Shown: positions 10,684 to 21,605, counted from the stretch's first letter. The stretch: DNA of 64,000 bases from an uncultured Chloroflexia bacterium (GCA_963721015.1 CAVRHM010000006.1:590484-654483), one strand, 5' to 3'. Numbers and translations are program-made. Notes: a model not told the origin generated them from the letters alone.

Positions 10684-11682
10684 CTAGAGGCCCTTCGCCC
10701 GCCGGACCTCGGCGGTGATGGCCGGCACGACCTGGTGCACGTCGCCGAGGATCGCGTAGGTCGCCTTGGCCATGATCGGCGCATCGCGGTCGGTGTTGAT
10801 GGCCAGGATCCGCTTGGCCGACTTGCAGCCGACCATGTGCTGGATCGCCCCTGAGATACCGCACGCGATGTACAGGTCCGGGGCGACGCGCGTCCCGGTC
10901 TGCCCGACCTGCTGGGCATGCGGCCGCCAGCCGAGGCTGGTCGCCACGCGCGACACCCCGACCGCGGCACCCAGGAGGTCGGCCAGCTCGTCGAGCATCG
11001 CGAAGGCCTCCTCGCTGCCGAGGCCGCGGCCGCCACTGACCACGACCTTGGCCTCGGCCAGCGCGACCTTGTCGGACGCCGTCGTCTCGACGGCGGCCAG
11101 GCGGCCGGCCAGGTCGGCGTCGGTCAGCTCCGGCTGGACGGTGACGACGGTCGCCGGCACGGCGCCGCTCGCCGGCGCCGGCTCGGGGACGGCGTGGGCG
11201 GCGATGGTCAGGAGGTGTGGCGCGCCGTCCAGCCAGGCGTCCTCGAGCAGGCTGCCGGCCCACCGCTGGCGGGTGACGGTCCAGCGCTCGGCGGGCGTGA
11301 CCTCGACGACGTTCGCGGCCATCGGCAAGCCGGTCAGCGCCCCGAGGTAGGCCAGGACCTCCGTGCCGCGCTCACTGCCGGGACCGATGACGGCCTCGAA
11401 CGACCCGCCGGCGACGATCGCGGCCAGGCCACGGGCCCAGGCCTGCGGCGCGTAGGCGTCGAGACGCTCGTGGGCGATGACATGGACCGCGCCGACGCCA
11501 TAGGCGCCCAGGCTCGCGGCCGCGGCGGTGGCGACGTCCGGCGACGCGACGACGGCCGCGTGGACGGTCCCGCCGCCCAGCCGGTCACGCAGGCCGGCCG
11601 CGACCCCCAGGGCTTCCACGCTGAGCCGGTCGACGGTCGTGCCGTCGCCACCCAGCTCGACCAGGACGAGGATGTCGCTCAT
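10684..11682 (-). CDS. etfA: Electron transfer flavoprotein alpha subunit
   Basis: 332 aa from MSDILVLVE (ATG at 11682). Motif DLYIACGISGAIQHMVG. ATGA overlap with etfB. Confidence 0.9.
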   Translation of the reverse strand: MSDILVLVELGGDGTTVDRLSVEALGVAAGLRDRLGGGTVHAAVVASPDVATAAAASLGAYGVGAVHVIAHERLDAYAPQAWARGLAAIVAGGSFEAVIGPGSERGTEVLAYLGALTGLPMAANVVEVTPAERWTVTRQRWAGSLLEDAWLDGAPHLLTIAAHAVPEPAPASGAVPATVVTVQPELTDADLAGRLAAVETTASDKVALAEAKVVVSGGRGLGSEEAFAMLDELADLLGAAVGVSRVATSLGWRPHAQQVGQTGTRVAPDLYIACGISGAIQHMVGCKSAKRILAINTDRDAPIMAKATYAILGDVHQVVPAITAEVRRAKGL

Positions 11683-12443
11683 AGCGCCCCGATCTCCCGC
11701 AGGATCTCGACGACGCGCGGCGCGGCCTCCGGCCCCGTGCCGAGGACCTCGGCGGCCCGGTCCTGCTCGACCGGCAGGCGCAGGCGGATGAGCTCCGGTC
11801 CACCGGCCGTCGGCGCCGGGGTCACCCGGTCGATCTCCTTCTTCTTGGCCCGCAGCCGGCCGGGCACGGACGGATAGCGCGGCAGGTTGATACCCTCCCG
11901 AACGCCGACGACGGCGGGCAGGGGGACGTCGTAGACCTCCCAGCCGCCCGGGATCTGGCGGCGCGCCCGGGCGATGCCCCCGTCGACCTCGAGCTGCTTG
12001 GCGCCGTTGACGCACGGCCGATCGAGGGCCACGGCGACCCGGATCCCGACCTGGTAGCCACCCGAGTCGGCCGATTCGTTGCCGACGAGGATGAGGTCGA
12101 ACGGACCGTCGACGGCCTCGAGGTCACGGATGGCGGCCACCAGCGCGGCCGCCGTCGCGACCGGGTCCCAGTCGCTGCCGTCGGTCTCGAGGTGGACCGC
12201 CCGCTCGGCGCCCACGGCCAGGGCGTCGCGTAGCTGGTCGACGGCCTCGGCCGGCCCGAGGGTCATGACCGTCACCGATCCGCCGTGGGTCTCGACGAGC
12301 CGGACCGCTTCCTCCGTCGCGCACTCCTCGTGCGGGCTGACGACGAACCCGAGGTAGGCCGTGTCGATGCTCCGGCCGTCGGCGGCCAGGTTGATCCGCC
12401 CGCCGGTGGCCGGCACGCGCTTGACGAGGCTCAGGATGCGCAT
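11679..12443 (-). CDS. etfB: Electron transfer flavoprotein beta subunit
   Basis: 254 aa, MRILSLVKRVP..., typical EtfB N-terminus. Lies 4 nt downstream of the DMGDH stop. Confidence 0.9.
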   Translation of the reverse strand: MRILSLVKRVPATGGRINLAADGRSIDTAYLGFVVSPHEECATEEAVRLVETHGGSVTVMTLGPAEAVDQLRDALAVGAERAVHLETDGSDWDPVATAAALVAAIRDLEAVDGPFDLILVGNESADSGGYQVGIRVAVALDRPCVNGAKQLEVDGGIARARRQIPGGWEVYDVPLPAVVGVREGINLPRYPSVPGRLRAKKKEIDRVTPAPTAGGPELIRLRLPVEQDRAAEVLGTGPEAAPRVVEILREIGAL

Positions 12444-12447
12444 GGCG

Positions 12448-14967
12448 TCAGCTCCGGACCCGCTCGTTGTCCGGGTCGAACAGCGGCGTCGCCCCGGCGA
12501 CCGCGACGCTGACCGGGTAGCGCTCGCCGAGGTACTCGACGAGGAGCTTGGTCCCGACCACGGCCTGCTCCGGTGGCAGGTAGGACATCAGCAGGTGCTT
12601 GCCGACCGACGGGCCCGCCCCGGCGCTGGTGACATACGAGCGGCGGCCCTTGGCGTCGATGAGCGGCGAGCCGTCCAGGGCGAGGATCGGCTCGCGTCCG
12701 AGCGGATAGCGGTCGACGCCGGTCGACGAGCGCGGGTCGTCCACCGTCAGCGTGCACAGGATCGCCGCGGGCGGCGCCTCCCGCTGCTTGAGGTAGGCGG
12801 CCTTGCCGACGAAGTCCTGCGCCTTGACCTTGGGCCGCTGCATGCCGGCCTCGACCAGGTCGAACTCGAGCTCCAGCTCCGCGCCATGGGCCCGGTAGCC
12901 CTTCTCGATGCGACCGGTCGTGCCGTACACGCCGATGCCGGCGGCGACGACGCCGTAGGCCCCCCCGGCGGCCCACAGCGCATCCCACAGCCGCAGGCCC
13001 TGCTCCATCGGGACGTAGATCTCCCAGCCGAGCTCGCCGACATAGGAGATGCGGGAGGCGAGTGCCCGGACCGAGCCGATCTCGAGGATCCGGCACGTTC
13101 CGAACGGGAAGCCCTCGTTGCTGACGTCCTCGCGCGGCGCGGCGGCGGCCAGGACGTCGCGAGCCCGCGGGCCCCAGATGCCGAGCGTGTACAGCGCCGA
13201 GGTCGCGTCGAACAACTGGGCGGAACCGTCGTCCGGCAGGTGGTCGACGAACCACTTCTTGTCGCGCATACCCATGCCGCCGCCGGTCACGACCCGGAAC
13301 GTGTCGTGACCCAGGCGCATGATCGTCAGGTCCGCGAAGATCCCGCCGTTCTCGGCCAGGAGCGGCGTGTACACGACGCGCCCGACCGGCACGTCGACCT
13401 GGGCGACGGCAAGCCCCTGGAGGTAGTCGAGGGCACCCGGGCCGGTCACGTCGAAGACGGCGAACGCCGCCAGGTCGACCATCGCCACTCGGTCGCGCAT
13501 CGCGAGGTGCTCGGCGCTGATGATCGGCGACCACCACCGGGCGTCCCACTCGGCCTCGCGCTTGGCGATCCGGTCGCCGTACTCGCCCAGGAGCCGTTCG
13601 TTGGCCCCGTACCAGAACGGTCGCTCCCAGCCGGCAGCCTCGAAGAACTCCGCGCCGAGCTCCACCTGGCGCTCGTGGATGGGCGACAGCCGGACGTCGC
13701 GGTTGGACGCCCATTGCTCCCCCGGGTGGACGATCCCGTACGTCTTGTTGAAGCCCTCGGCGGTCCGGGCGCGGATGTGGGCCGCCGTCTTCTGATGGTC
13801 GTAGAACCGGGCGATGTCCGAGCCATGCAGGTCGATCTCCGACCAGCCATGGGTCATCCATTCGGCCACGGCCTTGGCGATGCCCGGGGCCTCCTTGATC
13901 CAGACCGCGGCGCATGACCACAGGCCCTTGACCTCCGGCGTCTCGCCGAGGATGGGCATCCCGTCCGGGGTCAGCGACAGCAGCCCGTTGATGGCATAAC
14001 GGATGCCCACCCGCTCGTCGCCGAGGATGTCCGGGACGAGCTCGAGGGCCTGCTCCATCTGGAGCTCGAAGTCCTCCTGGGTGAACGGCAGCTCCGTCGG
14101 CGACATGGCCGACGCCGCGATCGACGGGATGTCGTCGGCCTCCATGAGGATCGGCCGGTGGGCGTACGAGCCGACCTCCAGGTCGCCCCCGTGCTGGCGC
14201 TCGTACATGTTGGTGTCCATGTCCCGGACGATCGGGAAGCTGATCTCGCCGACCGTGTCCGCGAACTGCGGCACCGGTCCGACGCTGATCATCTGGTGGA
14301 CGGCCGGGCTGAGCGGGATGGACGCGCCGGCCATCCGGGCGATCCGCGGACTCCACACGCCACAGGCGACGACGACCGTCGACGCCTCGATGTCGCCCTT
14401 GTCCGTCCGGACGCGCTGGATGCGGCCGTCGACGACGTCGAGCCCGAGGACCTCGGTCCCGGCCGAGGTGGTCAGGGCGCCCATCTCCACCGCCCGCTCG
14501 CGCATGATCGTGCCGGCGCGGAGCGAGTCGACGACGCCGACCGACGGCGTGTAGAAGCCGCCGAGGATGATGTCCGCGTCGAGGTACGGCACGAGCTGCT
14601 TGGCCCGGGCCGGGTCGATGAGCTCGGAGTCGATGCCCCACGACCGGGCCGAGGACATCCGGCGGGTCAGCTCCTGCATCCGCTCGGGCGTTCGAGCGAC
14701 CTCGATGCCGCCACTCTGGGTGAACACGCCGAGCTCCTCGTACTGCGCCTTCGAGTCGAGCGTGAGGGCGGTCATCTCCTTGGAGTGGTCGGTCGGGAAG
14801 ATGAAGTTCGAGGCATGGCCGGTCGACCCGCCGGGGTTCGGCAGGGTGCCCTTGTCGAGCAGGACGATGTCGGTCCAGCCGAGCTTCGCCAGGTGGTAGG
14901 CGAGGCTGTTGCCGACGATGCCGGCCCCGATGATGACGACGTTCGCGCGCGCGGGAAACCCGCTCAT
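12448..14967 (-). CDS. Dimethylglycine/sarcosine dehydrogenase-family flavoenzyme (FAD domain + GcvT/folate domain), paralogue 2
   Basis: 839 aa, uninterrupted. Motifs VVIIGAGIVGNSLAYHLA and GGSTGHASNF (position of the covalent-FAD His), plus C-terminal ISYVGELGWEIY. First gene of an operon with etfBA. Confidence 0.9.
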   Translation of the reverse strand: MSGFPARANVVIIGAGIVGNSLAYHLAKLGWTDIVLLDKGTLPNPGGSTGHASNFIFPTDHSKEMTALTLDSKAQYEELGVFTQSGGIEVARTPERMQELTRRMSSARSWGIDSELIDPARAKQLVPYLDADIILGGFYTPSVGVVDSLRAGTIMRERAVEMGALTTSAGTEVLGLDVVDGRIQRVRTDKGDIEASTVVVACGVWSPRIARMAGASIPLSPAVHQMISVGPVPQFADTVGEISFPIVRDMDTNMYERQHGGDLEVGSYAHRPILMEADDIPSIAASAMSPTELPFTQEDFELQMEQALELVPDILGDERVGIRYAINGLLSLTPDGMPILGETPEVKGLWSCAAVWIKEAPGIAKAVAEWMTHGWSEIDLHGSDIARFYDHQKTAAHIRARTAEGFNKTYGIVHPGEQWASNRDVRLSPIHERQVELGAEFFEAAGWERPFWYGANERLLGEYGDRIAKREAEWDARWWSPIISAEHLAMRDRVAMVDLAAFAVFDVTGPGALDYLQGLAVAQVDVPVGRVVYTPLLAENGGIFADLTIMRLGHDTFRVVTGGGMGMRDKKWFVDHLPDDGSAQLFDATSALYTLGIWGPRARDVLAAAAPREDVSNEGFPFGTCRILEIGSVRALASRISYVGELGWEIYVPMEQGLRLWDALWAAGGAYGVVAAGIGVYGTTGRIEKGYRAHGAELELEFDLVEAGMQRPKVKAQDFVGKAAYLKQREAPPAAILCTLTVDDPRSSTGVDRYPLGREPILALDGSPLIDAKGRRSYVTSAGAGPSVGKHLLMSYLPPEQAVVGTKLLVEYLGERYPVSVAVAGATPLFDPDNERVRS

Positions 14968-15005
14968 GAGCCATGCCCCTTCTTCACCGGTGATCGCGGC
15001 TGCTG

Positions 15006-15033
15006 CGTTGCATCAGTTGCAATCGCGTTGCTA
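15006..15033. promoter_or_regulatory. Candidate IclR operator in the divergent DMGDH/iclR promoter region
   Basis: GCGTTGCA (15006-13), inverted TTGCAATCGC (15018-27) and direct GCGTTGCT (15026-33). All sit between starts 14967(-) and 15055(+). Confidence 0.3.
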
Positions 15034-15054
15034 CATCTGCGACACTGTCCATCG

Positions 15055-15882
15055 ATGGTACAGCAGCGACGCAAGCGGTCGGTCGAGCCGGCGACGGGCG
15101 ACGACGGGGGGCGCTCGGCCGCCGCCCGGATCGCGGCGGCGCTCCACATCGTGGCGGCGCGCGGCTGGGTCTCCGCCGCCGAGCTGGCTGGCCAGCTGGG
15201 AGTCGATCGAAGCACGGGCTGGCGCCTGGCGCGCTCGCTCGAGGCCGTCGGCTGGCTGGACCACGACGCGGCGACCGGCCGGTACCGGCTCGGCCTGCCG
15301 CTGTTCGAGCTGGGCAGCCGCGTCCTGGACACGGTCGACGTCCGGGGCGAGGCGCGCCGGGTCATGACCGAGCTGGTGGCGTCGACCGGCGAGAGCGTCG
15401 ATCTCGCGATCCGAGACGGCGACAGCGTCGTGTTCATCGACAAGATCGACGGCACCCAGGAGGTCCGGGCGTTCACCCGCAGCGGCCAGCGCGCCCGGCT
15501 CCACGCGACCGCCGCCGGCAAGGTCTTCCTGGCGGCCATGGCGGAGGCCGAGCTGGCCGCGTATCTCGCCGGACCGCTGCCGGCCTCGACCCCGGCGACG
15601 ATCACCGATCCGGTGGTGCTTGCCGAGGTCGTCGCGACCACGCGCCGCCAGGGCTGGGCGGTCAATCGGGGCGAGCTGTTCCCGGAGGCCGGGGCTCTCG
15701 CGGTCCCCGTGCTGGACGGGGCCGGCGCGATCGTCGCCGCGCTCGGGCTGAACATCCCGCTGTCCCGTCTGGACGACGACCGGATCCGGGTCCTGGTCGC
15801 GGCGCTCCAGGACGCCACCCAGCACCTGCGTCCGGCGCTGAGCGTCGGGATCCCGGCACCGAGCGTCGCGGACGTGGCCTAG
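15055..15882 (+). CDS. IclR family transcriptional regulator
   Basis: 275 aa from MVQQRRKR. N-terminal wHTH (AAELAGQLGVDRSTGWRLARSLE) and a C-terminal IclR effector domain. Confidence 0.85.
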   Translation: MVQQRRKRSVEPATGDDGGRSAAARIAAALHIVAARGWVSAAELAGQLGVDRSTGWRLARSLEAVGWLDHDAATGRYRLGLPLFELGSRVLDTVDVRGEARRVMTELVASTGESVDLAIRDGDSVVFIDKIDGTQEVRAFTRSGQRARLHATAAGKVFLAAMAEAELAAYLAGPLPASTPATITDPVVLAEVVATTRRQGWAVNRGELFPEAGALAVPVLDGAGAIVAALGLNIPLSRLDDDRIRVLVAALQDATQHLRPALSVGIPAPSVADVA

Positions 15883-16021
15883 CGCCGCGCGGCGGGCGCC
15901 CGCGAGACGCCGGCGCTCGACTCACGGCCCGCGACGCGACGTTGACCGGCGTGGGGCGGCGCGCGCATCCTCGCCGTCCGGCGCGAGGGGCCGGCCCAGT
16001 CAGCGCTTACGAGGTCCGATC

Positions 16022-17491
16022 GTGCCGAGCCTGTTCATCGATGGCCAGTGGGTCGCGTCCGGCGACGGGACGTGCGGCCCGGTCATCAACCCGTCCGATG
16101 GGACCGTCATCACCGAGGTCGACATCGCGACGGACGACCAGGTCCAGGCGGCGATCGCGGCCGCGCGCCGGGCCTTCGACGCGACCGACTGGCCATGGAC
16201 CCCGACGGCCGAGCGCTCGGCGTTGCTGGACCGGGTCGCCGGGCTCATCGACCGCGACCAGGAGGCCCTCGCCCAGCTCGAGACCCTCGACACGGGCAAG
16301 GCCATGCGCGAGAGCCGCTGGGACATGGCCGACGTCGCGCGCGTCTTCCGCTACTACGCGGATCTTGCCGACAAGGACCACGGCCGCCTCGTCGACGCCA
16401 GCAACCCGGCCGTCGTCAGCCGCATCGTGTACGAGCCGGTCGGGGTGTGCGCCCTCATCGGGCCGTGGAACTACCCGCTCCTGCAGCTCAGCTGGAAGAT
16501 CGCCCCGGCGCTGGCGGCCGGCAATACGATCGTCATGAAGCCGGCGTCGTCGACGCCGCTGACGGCCATCCACCTGACCCGCCTGCTCGAGGAGGCCGGG
16601 CTGCCGGCCGGCGTCGCCAACCTCATCATCGGCCCAGGGTCGCGCGTCGGCCAGGCCCTGGCGGACAGCCCGGACGTCGACCTCATCTCACTGACCGGCG
16701 GCATCGAGGCGGCCCGCGGCCTCGTCCATGGCGCCGCGGTCAACATGAAGAAGCTGGCGATGGAGCTCGGCGGCAAGAGCCCCAACATCATCTTCGCCGA
16801 CGCGGACTTCGAGACGGCCGTCGACAACGCCCTGACCGCGGCCTTCACCCACAGCGGCCAGGTCTGCTCGGCCGGCTGCCGGGCCATCGTCGAGGCGTCC
16901 ATCCATGACCGCTTCGTCGAGGAGATCGGGCGCCGGGCGGAGCGCATCCGGTTGGGCCACGGGAGCGACGACCGGACCGAGGCCGGGGCCCTCATCAGCG
17001 CCGAGCATCGGGCCAAGGTCGAGGCCTTCGTCAGCGAGGCGGTCGCCGATGGAGCGCGGCTGGTGGCCGGTGGTCGCCGCCCGGATGAACCCGAGTTGCA
17101 GGCCGGCTTCTACTATCGGCCGACCGTGTTCGCCGACGTCCGGCCGGACATGCGGATCATCCGCGAGGAGGTCTTCGGGCCGGTCCTGACCGTCGAGCGC
17201 TTCACGACCGAGGACGAGGCGATCGCGATGGCCAACGACACGACCTACGGCCTGGCCGGAGCCGTCTGGACGGCCGACGCGTCACGTGCCCAGCGGGTCG
17301 CCGGCCGGCTCCGCCACGGGACCGTGTGGATCAACGACTACAACACCTATCTGCCACAGGCAGAATGGGGCGGCTTCAAGCGCTCCGGCATCGGACGAGA
17401 GCTTGGCCCCACCGGTCTCGACGAGTACCGTGAGGCGAAGCACATCTGGCAGAACACGGCACCGGGGCCATCGGGCTGGTTCGGAGGGTAG
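16022..17491 (+). CDS. NAD(P)-dependent aldehyde dehydrogenase, betaine-aldehyde dehydrogenase-like
   Basis: 489 aa, GTG start. Catalytic motifs ELGGKSP and SGQVCSAG. Sits directly upstream of proVWX. Confidence 0.85.
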   Translation: MPSLFIDGQWVASGDGTCGPVINPSDGTVITEVDIATDDQVQAAIAAARRAFDATDWPWTPTAERSALLDRVAGLIDRDQEALAQLETLDTGKAMRESRWDMADVARVFRYYADLADKDHGRLVDASNPAVVSRIVYEPVGVCALIGPWNYPLLQLSWKIAPALAAGNTIVMKPASSTPLTAIHLTRLLEEAGLPAGVANLIIGPGSRVGQALADSPDVDLISLTGGIEAARGLVHGAAVNMKKLAMELGGKSPNIIFADADFETAVDNALTAAFTHSGQVCSAGCRAIVEASIHDRFVEEIGRRAERIRLGHGSDDRTEAGALISAEHRAKVEAFVSEAVADGARLVAGGRRPDEPELQAGFYYRPTVFADVRPDMRIIREEVFGPVLTVERFTTEDEAIAMANDTTYGLAGAVWTADASRAQRVAGRLRHGTVWINDYNTYLPQAEWGGFKRSGIGRELGPTGLDEYREAKHIWQNTAPGPSGWFGG

Positions 17492-17500
17492 AGACCGGAC

Positions 17501-18625
17501 GTGACGGCGACGAGCGACCGACCCACGACGACCCAGGGATCGGCGCGCGACGCCGGCATCGGCACCCCGACGCTGGCCGTCAAGGGTCTGTGGAAGGTCT
17601 TCGGCCCAGCCGAGCACAAGATCATCGGCACACCGGACGCCGACCTGCCCCGCGACGAGCTGCGCAAGAAGACCGGCTCGACGATCGGCCTGCGCGATGT
17701 CGCCTTCGACGTCTGGCCCGGCGAGGTCTTCGTCGTGATGGGCCTGTCCGGGAGCGGCAAGTCGACGCTCGTCCGCTGCGTCACCCGGCTCATCGAGCCG
17801 ACGGCCGGCGAGGTCCTCCTCGACGGGGACGACATCCGCCAGGCGGACGACGACAAGCTCCGGGAGCTGCGGCGGCGGCGGTTCAGCATGGTCTTCCAGC
17901 ACTTCGGCCTGCTGCCCCACCGGAAGGTCATCGACAACGTCGCGTTCGGCCTCGAGATCCGCGGCGAGCCGCGCAGCGCTCGTGAGGCGCGCGCTCGAGA
18001 GATGATCGACCTCGTCGGCCTCAGCGGCCACGCCGACAGCTACCCGGACCAGCTGTCCGGCGGGATGCAGCAGCGGGTCGGCCTGGCCCGGGCCCTGGCC
18101 GTGGACCCCGAGGTCATGTTCTTCGACGAGCCGTTCAGCGCCCTGGACCCGCTCATCCGGCGCGATATGCAGAACGAGGTCCTGCGCCTCCACCACGAGG
18201 TCGGCAAGACCATGGTCTTCATCACCCACGACCTGTCCGAGGCGCTCAAGCTCGGCGACCACATCGTGATCATGCGCGACGGCAAGGTCGTCCAGACCGG
18301 CCGCCCTGAGGAGGTCGTGGGCGCCCCGGCCGACGACTACGTCGCGGACTTCGTCAGCGACGTGCCCAAGAGTCACGTCCTGACCCTGCGCTGGATCATG
18401 CGCCCGGCCGTGGCCGGCGATCCGGTCGACGGACCGGAGTTCCCGCCGACGGCCGTCATCCGGACCTGCCTCGAAGTCGCGGCCGCGACGGCCAAGCCGA
18501 TCCGTGTCGTCGAGGACGGCCAGCTGCTCGGCGTGGTCGATCGCTCGCGGATCCTCGCCGCGGTCGCCGACACGGTCGGCGCCCCGTTGATCGACACGAT
18601 GACGGGCGGCGGCGCCGGGTCGTGA
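17501..18625 (+). CDS. proV: Glycine betaine/proline ABC transporter ATP-binding protein with C-terminal CBS region
   Basis: [18 protein letters not shown] and [14 protein letters not shown]-like tail. Intact. Confidence 0.9.
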   Translation: MTATSDRPTTTQGSARDAGIGTPTLAVKGLWKVFGPAEHKIIGTPDADLPRDELRKKTGSTIGLRDVAFDVWPGEVFVVMGLSGSGKSTLVRCVTRLIEPTAGEVLLDGDDIRQADDDKLRELRRRRFSMVFQHFGLLPHRKVIDNVAFGLEIRGEPRSAREARAREMIDLVGLSGHADSYPDQLSGGMQQRVGLARALAVDPEVMFFDEPFSALDPLIRRDMQNEVLRLHHEVGKTMVFITHDLSEALKLGDHIVIMRDGKVVQTGRPEEVVGAPADDYVADFVSDVPKSHVLTLRWIMRPAVAGDPVDGPEFPPTAVIRTCLEVAAATAKPIRVVEDGQLLGVVDRSRILAAVADTVGAPLIDTMTGGGAGS

Positions 18626-20558
18626 CCGCCGTCAGCGTGCCGGTCGTCGGCCGGCGCGAGACCCGGATCCCGAAGTGGGCCTGGTTCCTTGGGTTGTTCG
18701 CCGTGTCGGGCGTGCTGTTCGTGGTCTTCGCCGACGGCACGGTCCAGCCCCGGACCGAGAACCAGCCGCTGTTCCTGGCCATCAACGACCTGGCCATCTG
18801 GATCCGGGACAACCGCGACAACCTCGTCTACCAGATCCTGTTCGGGATCCCCCGGGCGATCGTCGACACCCTCCTCGAGTCGCTGACCGACGCCCTGCAT
18901 GCCATCGGCTGGCCGGCGCTCGTCGCCCTGCTCGGCACGCTCGGGCTGCTGGCCGGTGGCTGGCGGCTGGCCGTGTTCGCGATGGCCGGGATGGCGGTCA
19001 CCGGCGTCCTCGGCCTGTGGGAGTCGTCGGTCGATACGCTCGGGCGCGATCATCGCCGCCGTCGCCTTCTCGTACGGGATCGGCGTCCCGCTCGGCATCC
19101 TCATGGCCCGTCGGCCGCGGTTCCGGTCGTTCCTCACGCCGATCCTCGACGCGATGCAGATCTTCCCGACCTACGCCTACCTGCTGCCGCTCGTCCTGCT
19201 CTTCGGGATCGGGCCGGCGACCGCGGTCATCGTGACCCTCATCTACGCCATGCCGGCGGCCATCCGGATCACCGCCCTGGGCATCCGGCGGGTGCCGGTC
19301 AACACGGTCGAGGCCGGCCTGTCGATGGGCGCGACCAGCCGCCAGATGCTGTCCAAGGTGCGCCTGCCGCTGGCCCGACTGGAGCTGGGCCTGGCCCTCA
19401 ACCAGACGATCATGCTGGCGATGTCGATGATCGTCATGACGGCCCTCATCGACGCCCCGGGCCTCGGCCAGGACACGCTCCGGGCCCTCATCCGCAATGA
19501 CGTCGGGCAGATGTTCGACGCCGGCGTCGCGATCGTCCTGCTGGCCATCATCCTGGACCGCCTGACCGAGGGAGCGAGCCTGCGCCTGGACCCGCATCGG
19601 CGGGCCGCGCTGGCCGGCAGCCTGCCCGGTCGCCGGGCCATCGCGCTCCTGTTCGGCGGCTGCGCCCTGCTGGCTGTCGCGGCCGTCGTCACGGGCGAGT
19701 TCGAGGACTTCCCGGGCGACGTGAGCGTGACCTTCCAGGATCCGGTCAACGCCGTCATCGACTGGATCCGGACCAGCGCCGCGTGGTTGACCAGCGGCCT
19801 CAAGGACTCGGTGACGTACGCCGTCCTCAACCCGGTCGAGACAGGTGTTCACGACGGCACCGGTCTGGCTGGCCGTCGGCTTCGCGGCCGGCCTGGCCCT
19901 CCTGGTCAGCGGCGTGCGAGCGGCGATCACGGCCGGCATCGCGCTCGCCCTCGTGTACGTCATCGGGCTCTGGGAAGACTCGATGGTCACCCTCGTCCAG
20001 GTCCTGGCGGCGACGGCCATCAGCTTCGCCATCGGCCTGCTGCTGGGGATCGCCTCGGCCCGCAGCGACCGGGTCCAACGCGGCCTGCGGCCGATCCTCG
20101 ACATCGCCCAGACGATCCCGTCGTTCGTGTACCTGCTGCCGGCCCTGGTGCTCTTCGACCCGAGTCGGTTCACGGCCATCTTCGCCGCCGTCGTGTTCGC
20201 CGTGCCCGCGGTCATCCGGCTCGTCGACGTCGGCCTGCGCGGCGTCCCGCCGACGATCGTCGAGGCCGCGACATCGGTCGGCTCGACCGGCCGCCAGGTG
20301 CTGACCAAGGTCCAGCTCCCGGTGGCTCGGCCGGCCCTCCAGCTGGCCCTCAACCAGTCGGTCATCCTGGTCCTGTCGATGGTCGTCATCGGCGGGCTGG
20401 TCGGTGGCGGCGGCCTGGGCTACGACGTCGTCGCCGGGTTCGTCCAGCCGCGGCTGTTCGGCATGGGCGTGGCCGCCGGCATCGCCCTCGTCCTGCTGGG
20501 CATCGTCCTGGACCGGGTCAGCCGGGGCGACGTGCGACCGGCCGCCCGCGAGGCGTGA
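18622..20558 (+). pseudogene. proW: Glycine betaine ABC permease, tandem fusion of two ProW-type membrane domains; frame broken twice (+1, +1)
   Basis: Three track ORFs (18622.., 18899.., 19845..) join into one permease. The breaks are at about 19042-19047 (..GLWESSVDTL | AIIAAVAFSY..) and about 19841-19846 (..VLNPVET | VFTTAPVWLAV..). Confidence 0.8.
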
Positions 20559-20657
20559 CGGTCCGACCGTCGGGACCCCCTATCGCGCGGCCGTGGGCTG
20601 ACGGATAATCCCGCGACCGGCCGGGTACGGGCGGTCAGAGGAGGACAACGGATCACG

Positions 20658-21605
20658 ATGGGTGTCATGAAGCGCACGCGCGCGCTGGTCGCCACGGCGG
20701 CCGTCGCGGTCGCTCGTGGCCGCCTGCTCGGGAACGGGCGGCGGGGACACGAGCGAGGTCGTCGACATCGCGGTCAACCCGTGGGTCGGCTACGAGGCCA
20801 ATGCCGGCGTCGTCGGCCATCTGCTCGAGAACGAGCTCGGCTTCGACGTCGAGTACAAGGAGCTCGCCGAGCAGGTCAGCTGGGAGGGCTTCGAGTCCGG
20901 CGAGGTCGACGCGATCGTCGAGAACTGGGGCCACGCCGACCTGATCCAGACGTACGTCACGGACAAGGGCGTGGCCGTCGCGGCCGGGAGCACCGGCATC
21001 GACGGGATCATCGGCTGGTACGTGCCGCCGTGGATGGCGACCGAGTACCCGGACATCGCGGACTACACGAAGCTCAATGAGCGAGGCCGAGCTGTTCAAG
21101 ACGTCCGAGTCCGGTGACAAGGGCCAGTTCCTGGCCGGCGATCCGTCGTTCGTGACGAGCGACGCCGGGATCATCAACGGCCTCGGCCTCGACTTCGAGG
21201 TCGTGTACGCGGGCTCCGAGGCGGCGCTCATCGAGGCGTTCCGCAAGGCCGAGGAGAACAAGACCCCGCTGCTCGGGTACTTCTACTCGCCGCAGTGGTT
21301 CCTCAACGAGGTCCCGCTGGTCAAGATCGACCTGCCGCCGTACACGGACGGTTGCGACGCGGATCCGGAGAACATCACCTGCGACTACGCGCCGTACAGC
21401 CCGCTCGACAAGTACATCAGCAAGAACCTCGAGGACAAGGCGCCTCGGGCCGCGGCGTTCATCAAGAACTTCTCATGGACCGCGGAAGACCAGAACACGG
21501 TCAGCCAACTACATCACCAACGACGACATGACCCGCGAGGAAGCGGCCAAGAAGTGGGTCGAGGAGAACGAGGCCACCTGGCAGGCCTGGATCCCGGCCG
21601 AATGA
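20658..21605 (+). pseudogene. proX: Glycine betaine-binding lipoprotein (ProX/OpuAC-like); frame broken three times (all +1)
   Basis: GGAGGA lies upstream of the ATG at 20658. Signal peptide plus lipobox VAACSG. Breaks at about 20711-20716, 21079-21084 and 21501-21507. True C-terminus ..NYITNDDMTREEAAKKWVEENEATWQAWIPAE stops at 21603-21605. Confidence 0.8.
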
